DNA from: Ministeria vibrans ATCC 50519 | Lineage: Eukaryota; Protista; Filasterea | DNA length: 64,000 nt | Assembly: GCA_943704425.1 (NCBI GenBank) | Contig: CALSCP010002497.1 | Location: 20,622 to 84,621, forward strand | Direction of reading: 5' to 3' | In this document: one piece after another, positions 51,668 through 64,000 of the stretch | How positions within the stretch are numbered: the first letter of the stretch is position 1 | Layout of the letters: the number at the start of each line of letters is the position of its first letter | Made by a program: the position numbers and the translations under genes | Notes under the pieces: generated by a model | The model's input: the letters and a program-made list of their open reading frames with translations, nothing else | The model's database searches: none | What the model was told of the DNA's origin: nothing

Positions 51668-54606
51668 TCATTTGAGAGCAAAACCATCGACAACGGCGCA
51701 GAGCATCTTGAGAGGTCGCGCCTTGGCAGCCGAGGGGCCCTGGATTGCCCGCAGCTCAGCCAGTTTCGCCTGCAAGTCTTGCATGATGGGCCCTCCGTGT
51801 GCCTGCACTACATCATCACCTAAGACACAAAAAAGAAATGATATACAATTAATAATATTATAATAATACTTAAAAATAGGTTTCTCATACTTGAGTCGAC
51901 GCTACAAACGGCCTCTTGCAACCACTGGATCTTCAGGTCAGGCAGTGTACGCAGGTCAAAAGCAAGCTGCTGGATCAGCGCCACAATGACCGCCTGGCTC
52001 AGGGGCGACGGGTCTTCGGCAAAGACAGCCGCCGGATCGAGCTGTTGGCACAGACGCACAATCACGTCAAGATCCTGCGCTGCAAGTGCCAGGGAAAAGG
52101 CCGCACCAAAATCGTGCGCCTTGACGTGCTGCTCAATTTCTGCCCATTGTTGTTCGCGACGCTGTCGCTCCTGCTCGGCCGACGCCGCTGCTGCGGCCGC
52201 TGCTGCATCGTTCTCCTCGGCCACTGCAGCAGCACCACCACTACTACTGCTGCTGTCGCCAATTTCACCCTTGTTCGCTCCTGCAAGTCCCTGTCGCACA
52301 GCAGTGCTCACTGTCGTGGCCAGAGTCGCCTCGAGCGAACCCAACGTCGACTTGACCACGTCGGCGGCACTGGCACTCAACAGCTCGGTGCCCACCGATC
52401 GCACTTGTTCGGCATAGCGACGCGAACCATCGTCAAACGTGGTGTGCATCTGCTTAAACATGGTCTGGGTCGCTCGCTCAAAAGCAGGCACAAGAGTACT
52501 CTGAAAGGTACCCATAAAAGCGCTGGTGATCGTCTGCTGGAGAGCGGTGGAAATGGCGCGCGCCAAAGGTTCCACTGTCGCTTTGCTCACGTCCATCTTG
52601 GGCGGTGGCTGCAATGCCAATTGATCACGGACCGCCGGCAAAATAGTTTGGTTGAGCTGTGCCAAGAGAACGGCCGAAATGGAGGAGTGCATGGATTCGG
52701 ATATGACACGCAGAAGACGCTGCTGTCGTTGATTCTCCTGAGCCTCGCGTGCCATACGCGCCTCCTCAGTAGCCGCGCGCTCGCGTTGAGCGTGCAACTG
52801 CAGCAGTTGATCAAAGTTGTGAGTGAGACGCGCCTCCGACGCTGCCAGTCGAGCGTCAATCTCGGCACCAACACGACCCGACACCGGTGGGAATCCGCCC
52901 ACTTCGTCGGGACCACGCGGCTGACGCGACGGCGCAACGTTGCGATTGAGAGAATAATTGGCCGCAGAGGAAGCAGGGTTAGATGGCGCGGCAACCACCA
53001 AAGGTTTTGCTGGGGCGGGTGTCGCAACGGTAGTGCCGGAAGGCAAAGGGGCTGCTGTCGCTGCTGCTGTCGATGCTGCTGCTGCACTCATGCTATCAGC
53101 AGCGCGATCAAGTGACGTGACCACGGGTGTCGCAGACACAATGGCATCGTCTTGATGTGCCACTGACGATGCTTCAGCCGATGGCGATGTTGTTGTTGTT
53201 GATGATGATGCAGGTACAGGTACAGGCGTCGATGTTGCAAATGATTTTCCGTCGTTGAGTGCGGAAAAGGTGATACCAAGACGCGCGGGATCGGAGTCAA
53301 CCACGTCAACGGGCGATAGACGCAGTGACAGCTCCTGAATCACTTTGGCGTGTACGCTGAAAATTTGCATGTAAACGGTCGGGTCCGACGAGGTCGTCTC
53401 GGCGGTCGGCAACAGCATAAATGAGAGGCACGGCTGGGCAATGCCCACAGCAATGGTGCGTGCAAACATCCCATTGGCACACTGAAGCACAATGATGGAG
53501 CCGCGACGCACATGTGCGAGGACGATAAGCCCGCATGCACGATGGGTGGCTGCATGGTACATTCGCGACATGTTGTCCTCTTGGTCGTCGTCCAAAGCAA
53601 TGCGATGACGCACCGTGCCCAAATCGCCGCTGTCGCACAGCACCCATGTGCTGTTGAGGTTGTAGCCGATGGCAACGCTCGAGCTCATGTCGCAGGCAAA
53701 GCCACCACCGTACGCGACACTTGTGGGGGCTACTTCGACACCGTCGCGAGATGAGCCCACGAGCGCCACCGACGAGGTGACGGCGCCATCCAGAGGCGCC
53801 ACAACGTCAAGTTTGGCACCCGTGTGCGCACCGAGCACGCCCACTGTTCCGTCGACGCTCGCCGTGAAGAGCACTTGACCACACACGGAAAAGCACATGT
53901 CGCGCACAGCGCCACTGTGAACATCGGGAAAGACAGTGGCGCCTTTGACACCCGCCGCAGCCTCGGCCGACAGAGGGCCCTCGGCGAGCGCCACAGGTAG
54001 GTGCCACACTTCGAGGTGGGTATCGTGCGAGCACGCGACAAGTTTCTTCGAGTGCCACACAACACGATGGAGGGGACCAGGTGTGCCGTTGATGCGCATA
54101 ATGTTCGTGGGCGCAATCTCGCCCTCACGATCCGATATGAGCCACACCATGAAAAGGCCTGTTTGGTCGACGGTCGCGGCCAGATCCGAGTCGGGAGTCG
54201 AAAAGGCCATGTCAACAACCGCTTTGTGATGACCACGCAACAGTGCGCGCTTCTCGGTGCGGCGGTTGATCACACGCACGACAGCCACGTCGTTCTTCGC
54301 CTTGACCGCATACGCAATGTACGTCTCGTTGGCGGCCACAAGCTTGCCGCTGTAGAAGCCGCGCTCCGTACCGTAGTACGTGATGGCGTCCCCTTTGGCC
54401 TTGTTTCCCGGTCCACTGCGTGGAAGACTGTCCGTCTTGATCGACACCGATCGCATCTGTGCGTCCACCAAGGCCACACTATCAGCGCGAATCTCGTTCG
54501 CCTCATCGTCGTCCTCCTCTTCCTCCCCTGCGCCCTCGTCGCTCTCGCCATTGCCGTTGGCCTCCATCGCGTCGCTTGCACTACTGCCAGCGTCCACGGA
54601 CGCCAT
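51668..54606 (-). CDS. EDC4: Enhancer of mRNA decapping 4 (EDC4/Ge-1/Varicose); the start codon is uncertain
   Basis: WD40 N-terminus (GKLVAANETYIAYAV, VRVINR.TEKRALLRGH...VVDMAF), Ser/Ala-rich linker, helical region LVPAFERATQTMFKQMHTTF, C-terminal AFSLALAAQDL and LSQAVIVALIQQLAFDL..KIQWLQEA. Confidence 0.9.
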
Positions 54607-55213
54607 AGGGACCTGAAACGGAGAAGACACGATCACAAGAGCGATCGAAAAAGAAAGAATGAAAAAAAAAATTAATAATGGTTTTATCGCAGTCAAACGC
54701 CTTTCGTACTCGCGAAGGGTTGGCCGACGCGGAGGGCTGGAAGGGTGCTGTGTTGTCTTGAGGCGGTGGGTCTGTCGATGATCTAAAAGCAAGGCAGACA
54801 GCGAGCGGGAGAGGGGTTCAAAGGGAGCGCACCGACCAAGGGCACTGGTGCGCATCGTGCCATCGCATTTCGTCACCAAAATGCGACAGAGCCCGCGACG
54901 ACTTCTTACGATGAGGCAAGCTGTGGCAGCAGCATGTTGATGGGAATGCTGGTCGACGTGCTTGGCTTGGGCGCAGTCGACGAAGCGGTCGTTCCGCCGT
55001 TGATCAGCGAGAACAGCGCTCGCGATGCCTCTTGGTTTGCGTCCGTCATCAGCAGTACTGAGAGGGGAACAAACTGAACAAATTAATGACAACTGACTTA
55101 ACGGAAAAGTAATCTTTTACTTTTTACTTTTTACTTTTTACGGAGACTATTGTGGAACTCAGTCAAGTCCCAAAAAACGAATAAACACTTTATTTCTTTG
55201 CTCGGTAGTCGAT

Positions 55214-55814
55214 ATGGACCTCGACGAAGACCAACAACGCGTCTTCAACTTTGGCGTGTACTTACACACTAAGAGTCGCAAAGTCCAACGTCGAATTCTC
55301 CAGTTGGATTTTGATGACCGAGTTCTTTGCAATGTGAGAAAAGGAGCGCGCGAGCAGAGATACGACTTCTCCGACTGTAAGAACGCCAGGCATACACGCT
55401 GCGGGTGCCCTCTGTACACCCCGTCCGCCTTGATTTTACCTTTTCCCTTTGTTTGCGACTTCTCCACCCACGGCGTTTGCGCCAACGCCGCACTGCGCCT
55501 CTGATGTGCACTGTTGCCCTACAAACAACACGGTTTGCTCTTGTCCTTTCCCGCCTCCCTTACGTCCTATTTTCCTCTTTCTGTTCCCAACCGGCTTTTT
55601 TGCTCCTTTTTTTTTTTTGTGTGTGGTTGCTTGTCCGTTGCTTAGCAGTGCAAAGTTCAACGCGCCGCACGCCGTCCTGAGCCGCTCCACCCCTCCCGTG
55701 CTCCCCCTCCCCCCTCCGTGCATTGCTCTCTAACGTGTTCCTTCTCTAACGTGTTCCTGTTGCAATGCGCCTCTCAATGCAACTCTTGTTTCCAAACAGA
55801 GAACACTCTCTCGC

Positions 55815-55849
<35 letters not shown>

Positions 55850-58800
55850 GTTTCCCTTCACTTTTGTTCTCACCGCTCCAACGCTGCTTCTTAGTGTCTC
55901 ACACGGAGAGCAATGACGAAGCAGCCTTCACGATTCACTTTGTGCGCGATATGCATCCTGCCATGGAGTATGACGCGGAGACGGTCGAAGACAAGAATCG
56001 TGTTTTGCGACTGATCAACTTCATTGTGGATCAGAACAAGAATCGCATTGACAAGGTCAGCAGCAGTTGCACTACATGGTGTTGCGCATGTGCTCATACG
56101 GACTCTGAATTGTATGTAGACCATCCGAGCGGGAGACTTGGTGGACAAGCCTAGCGTGGTGGTCAAGGAAGGGATTCTTGAGAAGCGCGGTCACAGCATG
56201 ATGTCGCTGTTGTGGGGCAAACGATTTGTGCGCGTCTCGCAAGGCCAGCTTGCTTACTACCAGCCTAACGACACGGAGAATGCACTGGACATTATTCAGC
56301 TCGACCTCAGTGTTGTGTCCATCAGCAAGACCAAGTCTGGCTTTGTGTTGCGCAGTGACCGCGGACGCGAGCACGCCTTCAAGGTGCCCAGCGACTCACC
56401 TGACCAGACACGCGAGCGTGATGAGTGGCTACGTGCTCTTTTGAGTGGCTCGAGTGTCACGCGTGGCGCAGTGGATCCCGAACAGGAGCGACTGACCAGT
56501 CAGGTGACTGGCATCATGACAGCAATGCAGGCACAACTGCGAACGCTGGCTGACACAATGGAGTTGCGTGGCGAAGGCACGTCGCCGCTGTCGTTGCAAA
56601 TCAACGAACTCATGCGTACCGCTACCTTTCTCAATGCCTCCGTGTCGCGCGCCTACAACAGCGCACAGCGACCGGCTGCAACACCCATCAAAGGCGTTCC
56701 CACCACAACCGCACCGACGACGTCGTCTTCCGACCCAAAGCGCTCGACAGGCGTTCGCTTCGACACAGTCAACGACCCCACCCCCCCTACGATCATCACC
56801 ACGGCTCCCGCTTCGGGTGACGGTTCTGGCGACGCCGCACTCGCTTCGACCATTCCTGATGCCGAGGGTGACGATGACAATCGCGAGGGCGCTGGCGAAC
56901 GCAAGAGTGGACGTCCCATGTCCATTTTAGGCGTCAAGGACCGCGTGCTGAGCGTCACCATTGACAATCATCTCATTGATTTGCCAGTTGAAGAGGGTTT
57001 TACGGTGCCCGAGCCCGGCTCGAAGGAGGAGGATAGCCTTGTGCATCGCGTGAGCCAGGCCTTCGACGAGATGGCCATGACGGGCGTGCCCATGGCGCCG
57101 CCCATGCCTGGCTCCGCCACCCCCTTTGACATACCCCCGCCCCCACCGCCTGGCATGGACAGTGAGCCCTCAATCGACGACAAGCCCAAGGTGGTGCCAC
57201 GTTGCAAATTGCGTCCATTGCATTGGACTAAGTTGGGTCGGTACGCCGCCAAGAAGATGTTCTGGGCGGACGTTCACGAGGACCGACTGCAACTCGCCAC
57301 AGATATGCTCGAGGAACTGTTTGGCGTAGAGGAAGAGACGGACGCGTTCTCGCTGCAAAAGGCAAAGTCACAGCGCAAGTCGCTGCTTCCGCTGAAGCGT
57401 GCCGAGAACATTGGCGTGTGGTTGGCAGGCGCCAGCATGCAACAGCGATCGGTGGGTGGCATGCGCATGGGACCGCCCGGCGCAGCCAGTGCTGCTGGTG
57501 GTGGTGGTGGTGGAGGCTCGGTGGACGCGGGCAAGAACCTCTTTCTTGATCGTCTTGACGAGCGTCTGTCGATGGTGGGCGACGAGGCGGCCGGTGGCCT
57601 CTCGATGGACACACTCTTGACGCTGCGACGCTTCTCGCCCGACGAGACGGAACGCGACCTGTTTGCCAAGTACACGGGCAACCGCAACGAACTGAGCGTC
57701 GCCGATCAGTTTGTGGCGGCTCTCACGGACATTCCGTGTCTGAGACCTCGCATTGACTTGCTCGTTACGCTGCGCGAGTTCCCTTCGTCCATTGAGGATC
57801 TCATGCCACAGGTGGACTCGTCGCTGAAGGCGAGTATCGAGATGGAGACCAACTGGCGCTTTGCCAAGATGCTCGAGTATGTCCTTGCTATTGGCAACTA
57901 CATCAACGGCAACACGGCGCGCGGCCAGGCTCACGGCGTGCACCTCAAGTCGCTAGTGAAGCTCGCTGACACTAAGGCGAAGGGGCGCAAACACTCGCTC
58001 GTGGACTTTCTCATCATGACACTGCGCGACCAAGCCGACGATTTGCTCGAATGGCCAGCTGCCTTTCGTTGTCTTCCTAGCGCCTCCGAGTTTTCTATCA
58101 AGGCTATCTCGGCCGAGGTGGAGCTGCTCAAGCGCGACTTGGACAAGCTGCGCCGCACCATCAAACAGTTGTCTTCTATGGAGAACAGTCCCATTGTCAA
58201 GAATTCACGTTTCCTAAAGGAACTCGATCAACTCATTACGAGTCACGAGGCGACCGTGACCGCTCTCGATGTCAAGAGTGCCGAGATGAACAAGCACTTC
58301 AAGGCGGCTGCTAGCAGGTTTTGCGACAAGCAGAACATTGACAGCGACGAAATGTTTGCGCCCGTCATGCGATTCATAGATGTGTACTCACGGGCACTTA
58401 CGCGTGCCAAGGCCGAACAGCTGGTTCGCACCAACAAAGTTGTCAAGGGCACCGTCATCCCGCGCCCGCAGACCCTCGTGAGTCCCTGGAAAGATGTCCA
58501 GCTGAGATCCTCGGAGGCCAGTTCGTTCGCCGACGACGCCGCAAGTGACGATGTCGAGCCTAGTGCCAACGATGCGGCCAGGGCGGCCGTTCAGTCAGTG
58601 ATGAAAGGAGCGGACGTGCCGGGAGGACGCGCAGGTCCACCGGTGGCACCCAAGCGCTCGAAGAACAAGACACCGTCGGTGAGATTATCGACTCAACCTG
58701 GTGTGCCAACCATTGTCGAAGGAGCAGACCCGGCGACTGCGGTCTCCTCGGCGGGCGTGTGGGACGACGCACCCGAAGACGATGGTGACGCAACTGCCCT

Positions 58801-59153
58801 TGCAGGCACAATGGTTGCTCCGGCCGTGGTGGCCACGTCGAGTTCGGCGGACGTGTGGGGCGACGTCGAGGGTACTTCAAGTACCGCAAACAAAGCACCT
58901 GCACCCGCACCCCCACCACCGAAACGTACCAATCGACCCATCAGCGTGAGCGGTGCGCAAGTGCTGAGCATGAGCACACCATCGTCGTCGCTCTTTGACG
59001 AGATCACGGCGCCCGAGTGCTCAGGCTACATGGACAAGAAGAGTGGTGGCAAGAAGGTCACGTCCAAGTGGGACACGCGTTTCTTTCAACTTGTGGTACG
59101 TGTGTACATTATTATTATTACTATTTTTATTTTTATTATTATTATTATTACTA

Positions 59154-59229
<76 letters not shown>

Positions 59230-59638
59230 TCTTAATAATTTAGTATTACTATTAATTTATTATTACTATTAATTTATTATTATTATAGTTATATTATATG
59301 TGTATGTGTGTGCTGACCTTGTGCTTTGTTTCGTGATGGTGCAGAAAGGTCGAATGACTTACTACAAGCGCGAGGGAGTCGGCAAGGAATCGGGCGATTT
59401 TCTGGTGCAAGGGGCGTACTTTTGGGTGACGGCATCACGTGGGGGAGGAAGGAGCACCGTTAGCGACGCGAGTGCGGCAGCAACCGAGTGCAGTGTGACG
59501 ATTCATGTGGACACACACAAGCGCGTGTACCAGCTCAAGCCGTACGCCGAGACAGATCTGCAGATGTGGCGCAGTGCTCTCTTGGCACATGGTGCACTGG
59601 AAAGAGTGGGTGATCCCCACGCATCGTCCATTGCATAA
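55214..59638 (+). CDS. Formin with N- and C-terminal PH domains (PH-like, PH, short FH1, FH2, PH); exons 55214-55376, 55895-56055, 56120-59095, 59345-59638
   Basis: PH: KEGILEKRG..WGKRFV..LAYY..ERDEWLRAL. FH2: LRPLHWTKL, FW, LEELF, LAIGNYING, SLVKLADTK. C-terminal PH: SGYMDKKS..WDTRFF..MTYYK..MWRSAL. Confidence 0.88.
59108..59290. repeat. (ATT)n microsatellite in a formin intron
   Basis: Directly visible. Confidence 0.95.
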
Positions 59639-59762
59639 AGAGTGATTGAGAGGGCGAAAGAGAGTGTTTTATTTAACGAATTCATCCTAATTTTCAAATT
59701 ATTATTATTATTATTATTACTATTATAAAATGAATTTTATTACTTTTTTACTACGTCTTGAT

Positions 59763-61419
59763 TCATTTTGATAACAAACTTGCGAGAAAATCAGCGGCAA
59801 AAGCACCGAGAGTAAACGGAGCAGATGTGGATTGGAGGAGACGAGAGGCGGTGGGAAAGGAGTCGGACGAGAAGTCGAGATTAGGGAGAAGCGATTGTAG
59901 CGTTGACGACTGACGGACAAGGCCGGCCATGCCGATGCAGAGCCACGAGATCCGCTCGAGGAGAGCGCGTGAAGCGGCGCCTGTGGGTGTGGATGTGAGT
60001 GTTGCTGACGATGGTGTCGATGCAGCAGACGCAATGTCTGCGAGAAGCAGTTCGCGGGAGGTGATGAGGAGATGGACAGCAGCGTCGGTGGCGACGGGCG
60101 AGCACAAACTGGCGTTGTGAACTACGGCAGCGGCAGCGGCACGTACACTGGTGTGGCTGTGGGTCAGACCAGCACTCACCAGGTCGCTAATAGCTGCGGC
60201 GGAAGGCTCATTGGAGGTGAATCGTGAGGCACCTGGCGTGCTCAGAAGGTTGGCAGTAGCACGAAGAACCATGACAGCAACGGGAACACTCGAGGCAAAG
60301 AGCGACTGAGTGTGAGTGAGCAGTGCAATGAGGAGAGCATTGTGGTCGTTGGCAAGGAGATTGGCAACAGCCGTGTGGGTGCACACACAGCGAAGGAGGT
60401 CGACAACGGGAAGCAGAACAGTGATGTCGGTTGAAGTGGTGGCACATGTGAGAAGAGGCAGTGCATCCGAAGCAGCCTGCAACATAAAAAAAAAAAACAA
60501 TGTGTAAGGTGTGATTTTCTATTTTTCTTCTCTGTGTTCACCTCTGCGTCTGTCATAGACGTAGAAGATCCTGTTGGTGTGGTGGTGGTGGTGCAGTGGG
60601 CGACAAGACGACTGGCGGCTTCTTTGGTCTCGAGTGGAGCATCTTTGAGTTTTTGAAGCATATCGTTGACAATGGAGGGATCTTTGCCGCCCACCAGCAC
60701 CAGTGGCTTGATATCAGTAGAAGCGGTGCCGGCTGACGAGGAAGCGGGCGTTGCAAGGGAGGGAGAGCCACCAACAGCGCCGGCTGCGGTCGAGGAGGGG
60801 GCAGTGACAGGTGCACCACCACCGTTGCCCGCCATGTCGAGGTTGTGACCGACGCTCTCATCACGAATGCGTGACTGGAACATCTCTAGCATGGGAGCAA
60901 ACATGGCGCCCATGGGAGTGGCCAAAATCTCGTCGGGAAGGCCGAGGATGCGTTGAGGCAACGGACGACTGACAAGAAACTGCGTGAGTACCGATGAAAA
61001 GTTGTTACAGTTGTTGCGCATCAGATTGTATGTGCTGGCGGTGAAGCGCGGAGCTATTGAGCGAAGGTAGGCAAACAGCGACGCTTCATCCTTGTCCGTT
61101 TCACCCATGTCAAGAACCTAAGAGAGTGTGCGGTCGAGGTTGAATGGAAGGTTCTCGAACAGAAGACACTTCAACGCTAACAGACGGTCGGACGACGTGG
61201 TGGGACGTCATTGCCAGTGATCCTCACCTCCATAGGGGTTCCATAGGGAGTATGTCCCACAGGATCGGTGCAGATGCCCGAGCCAAAGTAGATTTCGCGG
61301 CCAAATACAACGACGCCGGTATGGTAAATAGCATCGATCTGCTTGCCCAAAATCATCATGGACTGTTGCCGCGCAATGCCTTGCGACAAGTCGTAAACGT
61401 TGACAAGCACTTGTGGCAT
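59763..61419 (-). CDS. DESI1: PPPDE/DeSI-family desumoylating isopeptidase fused to a PUL-like helical domain; the start is uncertain
   Basis: VNVYDLSQG, YHTGVVVFGREIYFG (catalytic His), YNLMRNNCNNFS (catalytic Cys), LPDEILATPMG. The C-terminal region LPVVDLLRC...MVLRATANL...VRAAAAAVVHN is PUL-like. Confidence 0.85.
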
Positions 61420-61587
61420 CAGAGAAAAGAGAAAAGAAAGAAAATGGTGGGTCATTACTCATTGCACTCATTGATCACGACTCGACACTCGACAGTCAGT
61501 GACTCACTCACGTTCTTCACGATAGCGTGTTTGAGTTTGGGGCAATAGCTTGAGCAGCTGTGTGAGTGTGAGTGTATTTGTGCGTCA

Positions 61588-61747
61588 ATGGATCGTTGTG
61601 GAAGTGTCCCTTTGTCCGTGGCGACCTTCGATGTAAAATTACATTCGTCACCTCAAAGTTACCTAAAGAGACCCAAGACGTCTGGCGACGGCTCCTCGGA
61701 AAAGATTACTAAGCTGGGTTTTGGAGACTGCGTAAGGAGAGTGATGC

Positions 61748-61797
<50 letters not shown>

Positions 61798-63340
61798 GAC
61801 AGAGAGAGAGAGTTGACACAATGACAACGTTTTTCTCTGCCTTCTTCAAAGAGCGCCGCGCCTGTGTCCCCGTCGCCGCGCAAACTCTTTGGCTTCGTAC
61901 AGAAACAGGCGAATGTGGATGATCTTCCAGATATGAATGAGGTAGCTGACATCGCGGCTGCAGTGGAGGAGCCCCAAGTCGGCCCCGTCGTGCGCCACAT
62001 TACGCTTGAGCAAGTGGTGGAGTATCGCACGGCGCAAATGCTGGAACGGCGTCGAAGCGAAGCTGTTCGGAGCCACGTCGATGTCGAGATTACAGCCTTG
62101 ACACATGCCACCGAGGTGAAGCAGAGCGAGGCGACGCAGCTTGTGGCGGAACAGGGACGCTACTTTGTGGAAGAGCGCGAGCGCCAACTGCGGGAGCTGG
62201 AGCAAATGCTAGAGCACGAGAGACAATTACAACAGCGAGAAATTGCATCACTACGTGCGCAACAGGGACAGCATGCGTCGGAGTCGCAAAAGGAGGCGAA
62301 CACGCTACGGTTTGACCAGGACTGCAAACGCTGGATTGCGTCGGTATGGAAACAGTCGGCGTTCTTTTTCCATGTATTGTATTGAGACAACGTTTTTGTT
62401 TCTAGGGTCTCGAGGCCCAGTCGCTTGTGGCGGAGGCGAGAGAACACGTGAATTTTGTGAGTGAGGCGAACCGCAAAGCTTTTGAGGCAGCAGTGGAGCG
62501 GATGTTGCGAGTGGTTCAGGGCGCACAGAAAGTGGGAGAGCAGCTGAAGCAGGCGTTGGTGCGGGGCGAGTATGATGAGCAGGAGCGACTGCATACGGAC
62601 GGTGTTAAGGTAGAAAGATGAGGCTATGGTGATGTACATTGATTGACTGTATTGTATTGTGTGTTGTAGATGGAGAAGGCATTGGGAGAGACGCAGCGTG
62701 AGGCACGGCAGACCAAGACGGATGCCATTGCAATGGTGGCAAAGGAAAAGGCCGACGCAGAGCGATCGCGTGCGGCTGAAAAGGTGGAGAAGGTGAAAGA
62801 GGCCATAGAAAAGAAGAAACAAGCGCAACAGCAAGCGGAGCAGCAGGAGAAGACGGCTGCATCCAAGGGAGCCGCAACGGAAGCGGCGACTGGTACGGGT
62901 GCGCTCGTTGAGTACTGCCGCCGCATGAAGCTTCGTGAGTCCATTGAGGTAGAAGAAAACGATGGTGTGTTTTTTGAGTTGTATTTTTACGTCTTATTCT
63001 TTATGTAGCAACAAAACAACGAATTGGCAAAGGAGGAGTCGCTCAGAGGAGAGCAGCGAAGGATCAAAATGGGACTGAACCGACTGGTGAACCAGCTTGT
63101 GCCAGAGCGCAAGGCTGTCAACGAGGCCATGCACACGCTCGAGGGCATACTTCAATCTGCCGAGCGCGTCTCTCCACCTGTATGCACTATGTGTGTGTGT
63201 GTATGTGTGTGTGTGTCTTTGTGTGTGTGTGTGTGTGTGTGTGTGTTGTTTACTCTCTACCTCTCCCTCACTTTATATATACGCAATATTACTTAGTTCT
63301 TTATCTCTCCTTTCTCTTTCTCACTCTCTCTCTCTTTCTC

Positions 63341-63377
<37 letters not shown>

Positions 63378-64000
63378 TTCTTTATATTTCTTTTTTTTTG
63401 ACAGATGGCCACTTTTGCTTACGCGCAGTTTGCACAGAAGGTTGTGGAGAATGCAGCGAAGCAAAGTCAAAAGGACGACGGGTCGTGGCTAACCATTTTT
63501 CCTCTGGCTGCGCTCTGTGTCTTTGTGTGTGCGACGCGACGCGACGCCACCGAAATCTTTCTTGCACAGCTCAACTATGTCTGTCCCTACACCATTCCCG
63601 TGTTCCTCAGTCGGCAGGAAGGGCAGTCGTCAAACGACCACAAGCTTGTGTTGGGCTACCGGGAAGTAAGCGAAGGCGAGCTCGAAAGCGAGACTGCCTT
63701 CTTCGTCAAAATGCGCTCATATATCGCCCTCTACGCCGCCTGTCTTACCGTATGTGGTCATTAATGGTTATAATTTTTATTGTTGATTATTTTGTATTGT
63801 GGTTTCAGGGTCCTTCCCCTCCCAATGTGCCCCACCCCTTTGGTCCGAGCCTTGTGTGGACTTGGATGGCTCGTTCACTCAATGTCAAGCCTTGGCGAGT
63901 TTCCCCTCTCGTTCTTTGCGAGGTAAGGCATTCGTTGGTGATTTGTTTTTAATTTTTGTTTTGTATAATATTGTGGTGGTTTTTTTTTTTTTTTTTTTTT
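61588..64000 (+). CDS. GLE1: mRNA export factor GLE1, 3' end outside the window
   Basis: Long coiled coil followed by the GLE1 domain: FPLAAL, CPYTIPVF, LGYR, FFVKMRSYIALYAA, HPFG...WTWMARSLN..P. Confidence 0.88.
61751..61812. repeat. (GT)n/(GA)n in GLE1 intron 1; similar (GT)n/(CT)n at 63190-63375
   Basis: Directly visible. Confidence 0.9.

Noticed and set aside
54607-55092. 160-aa N-terminal extension of EDC4 in the ORF track
   Set aside because: It runs through a polypyrimidine tract and CAG acceptor at ~54613 and has no protein-like pattern. A 5' intron or UTR is more likely.

Overview
Gene-dense (~19 genes in 64 kb), intron-containing eukaryotic DNA with GC-rich exons, very short AT-rich intergenic spacers and microsatellite-filled introns. 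The gene content (synaptogyrin, B3GALT6, HAP40, PH-formin, Kelch/EGF receptor kinase) points to a unicellular holozoan; this is an inference. Spliced genes assembled by hand, in order: BLTP1/KIAA1109 (5'-truncated), RTCB, TMED10, XPC/Rad4, DNAJC2, HAP40/F8A, synaptogyrin, an unusual Myb/SANT-acidic-PHD-PhyH-type 2OG-Fe(II) dioxygenase-AT-hook-HA protein, a 12-Kelch/Cys-rich/EGF single-pass TKL receptor kinase, TIM23, GBF1, S10 carboxypeptidase, B3GALT6, a probable ATP synthase subunit f exon beside a gap, PDI-D/ERp38, EDC4, a PH-domain formin, a PPPDE-PUL isopeptidase and GLE1 (3'-truncated). The best candidate for an undescribed system is the gene at 31130-34329. It places an intact PhyH-family dioxygenase among four predicted chromatin/DNA-binding modules, suggesting a chromatin-targeted hydroxylase or demethylase outside the JmjC/TET/AlkB families. 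No rRNA, tRNA, CRISPR array or transposase was seen. All family assignments come from motif recognition, not database searches.
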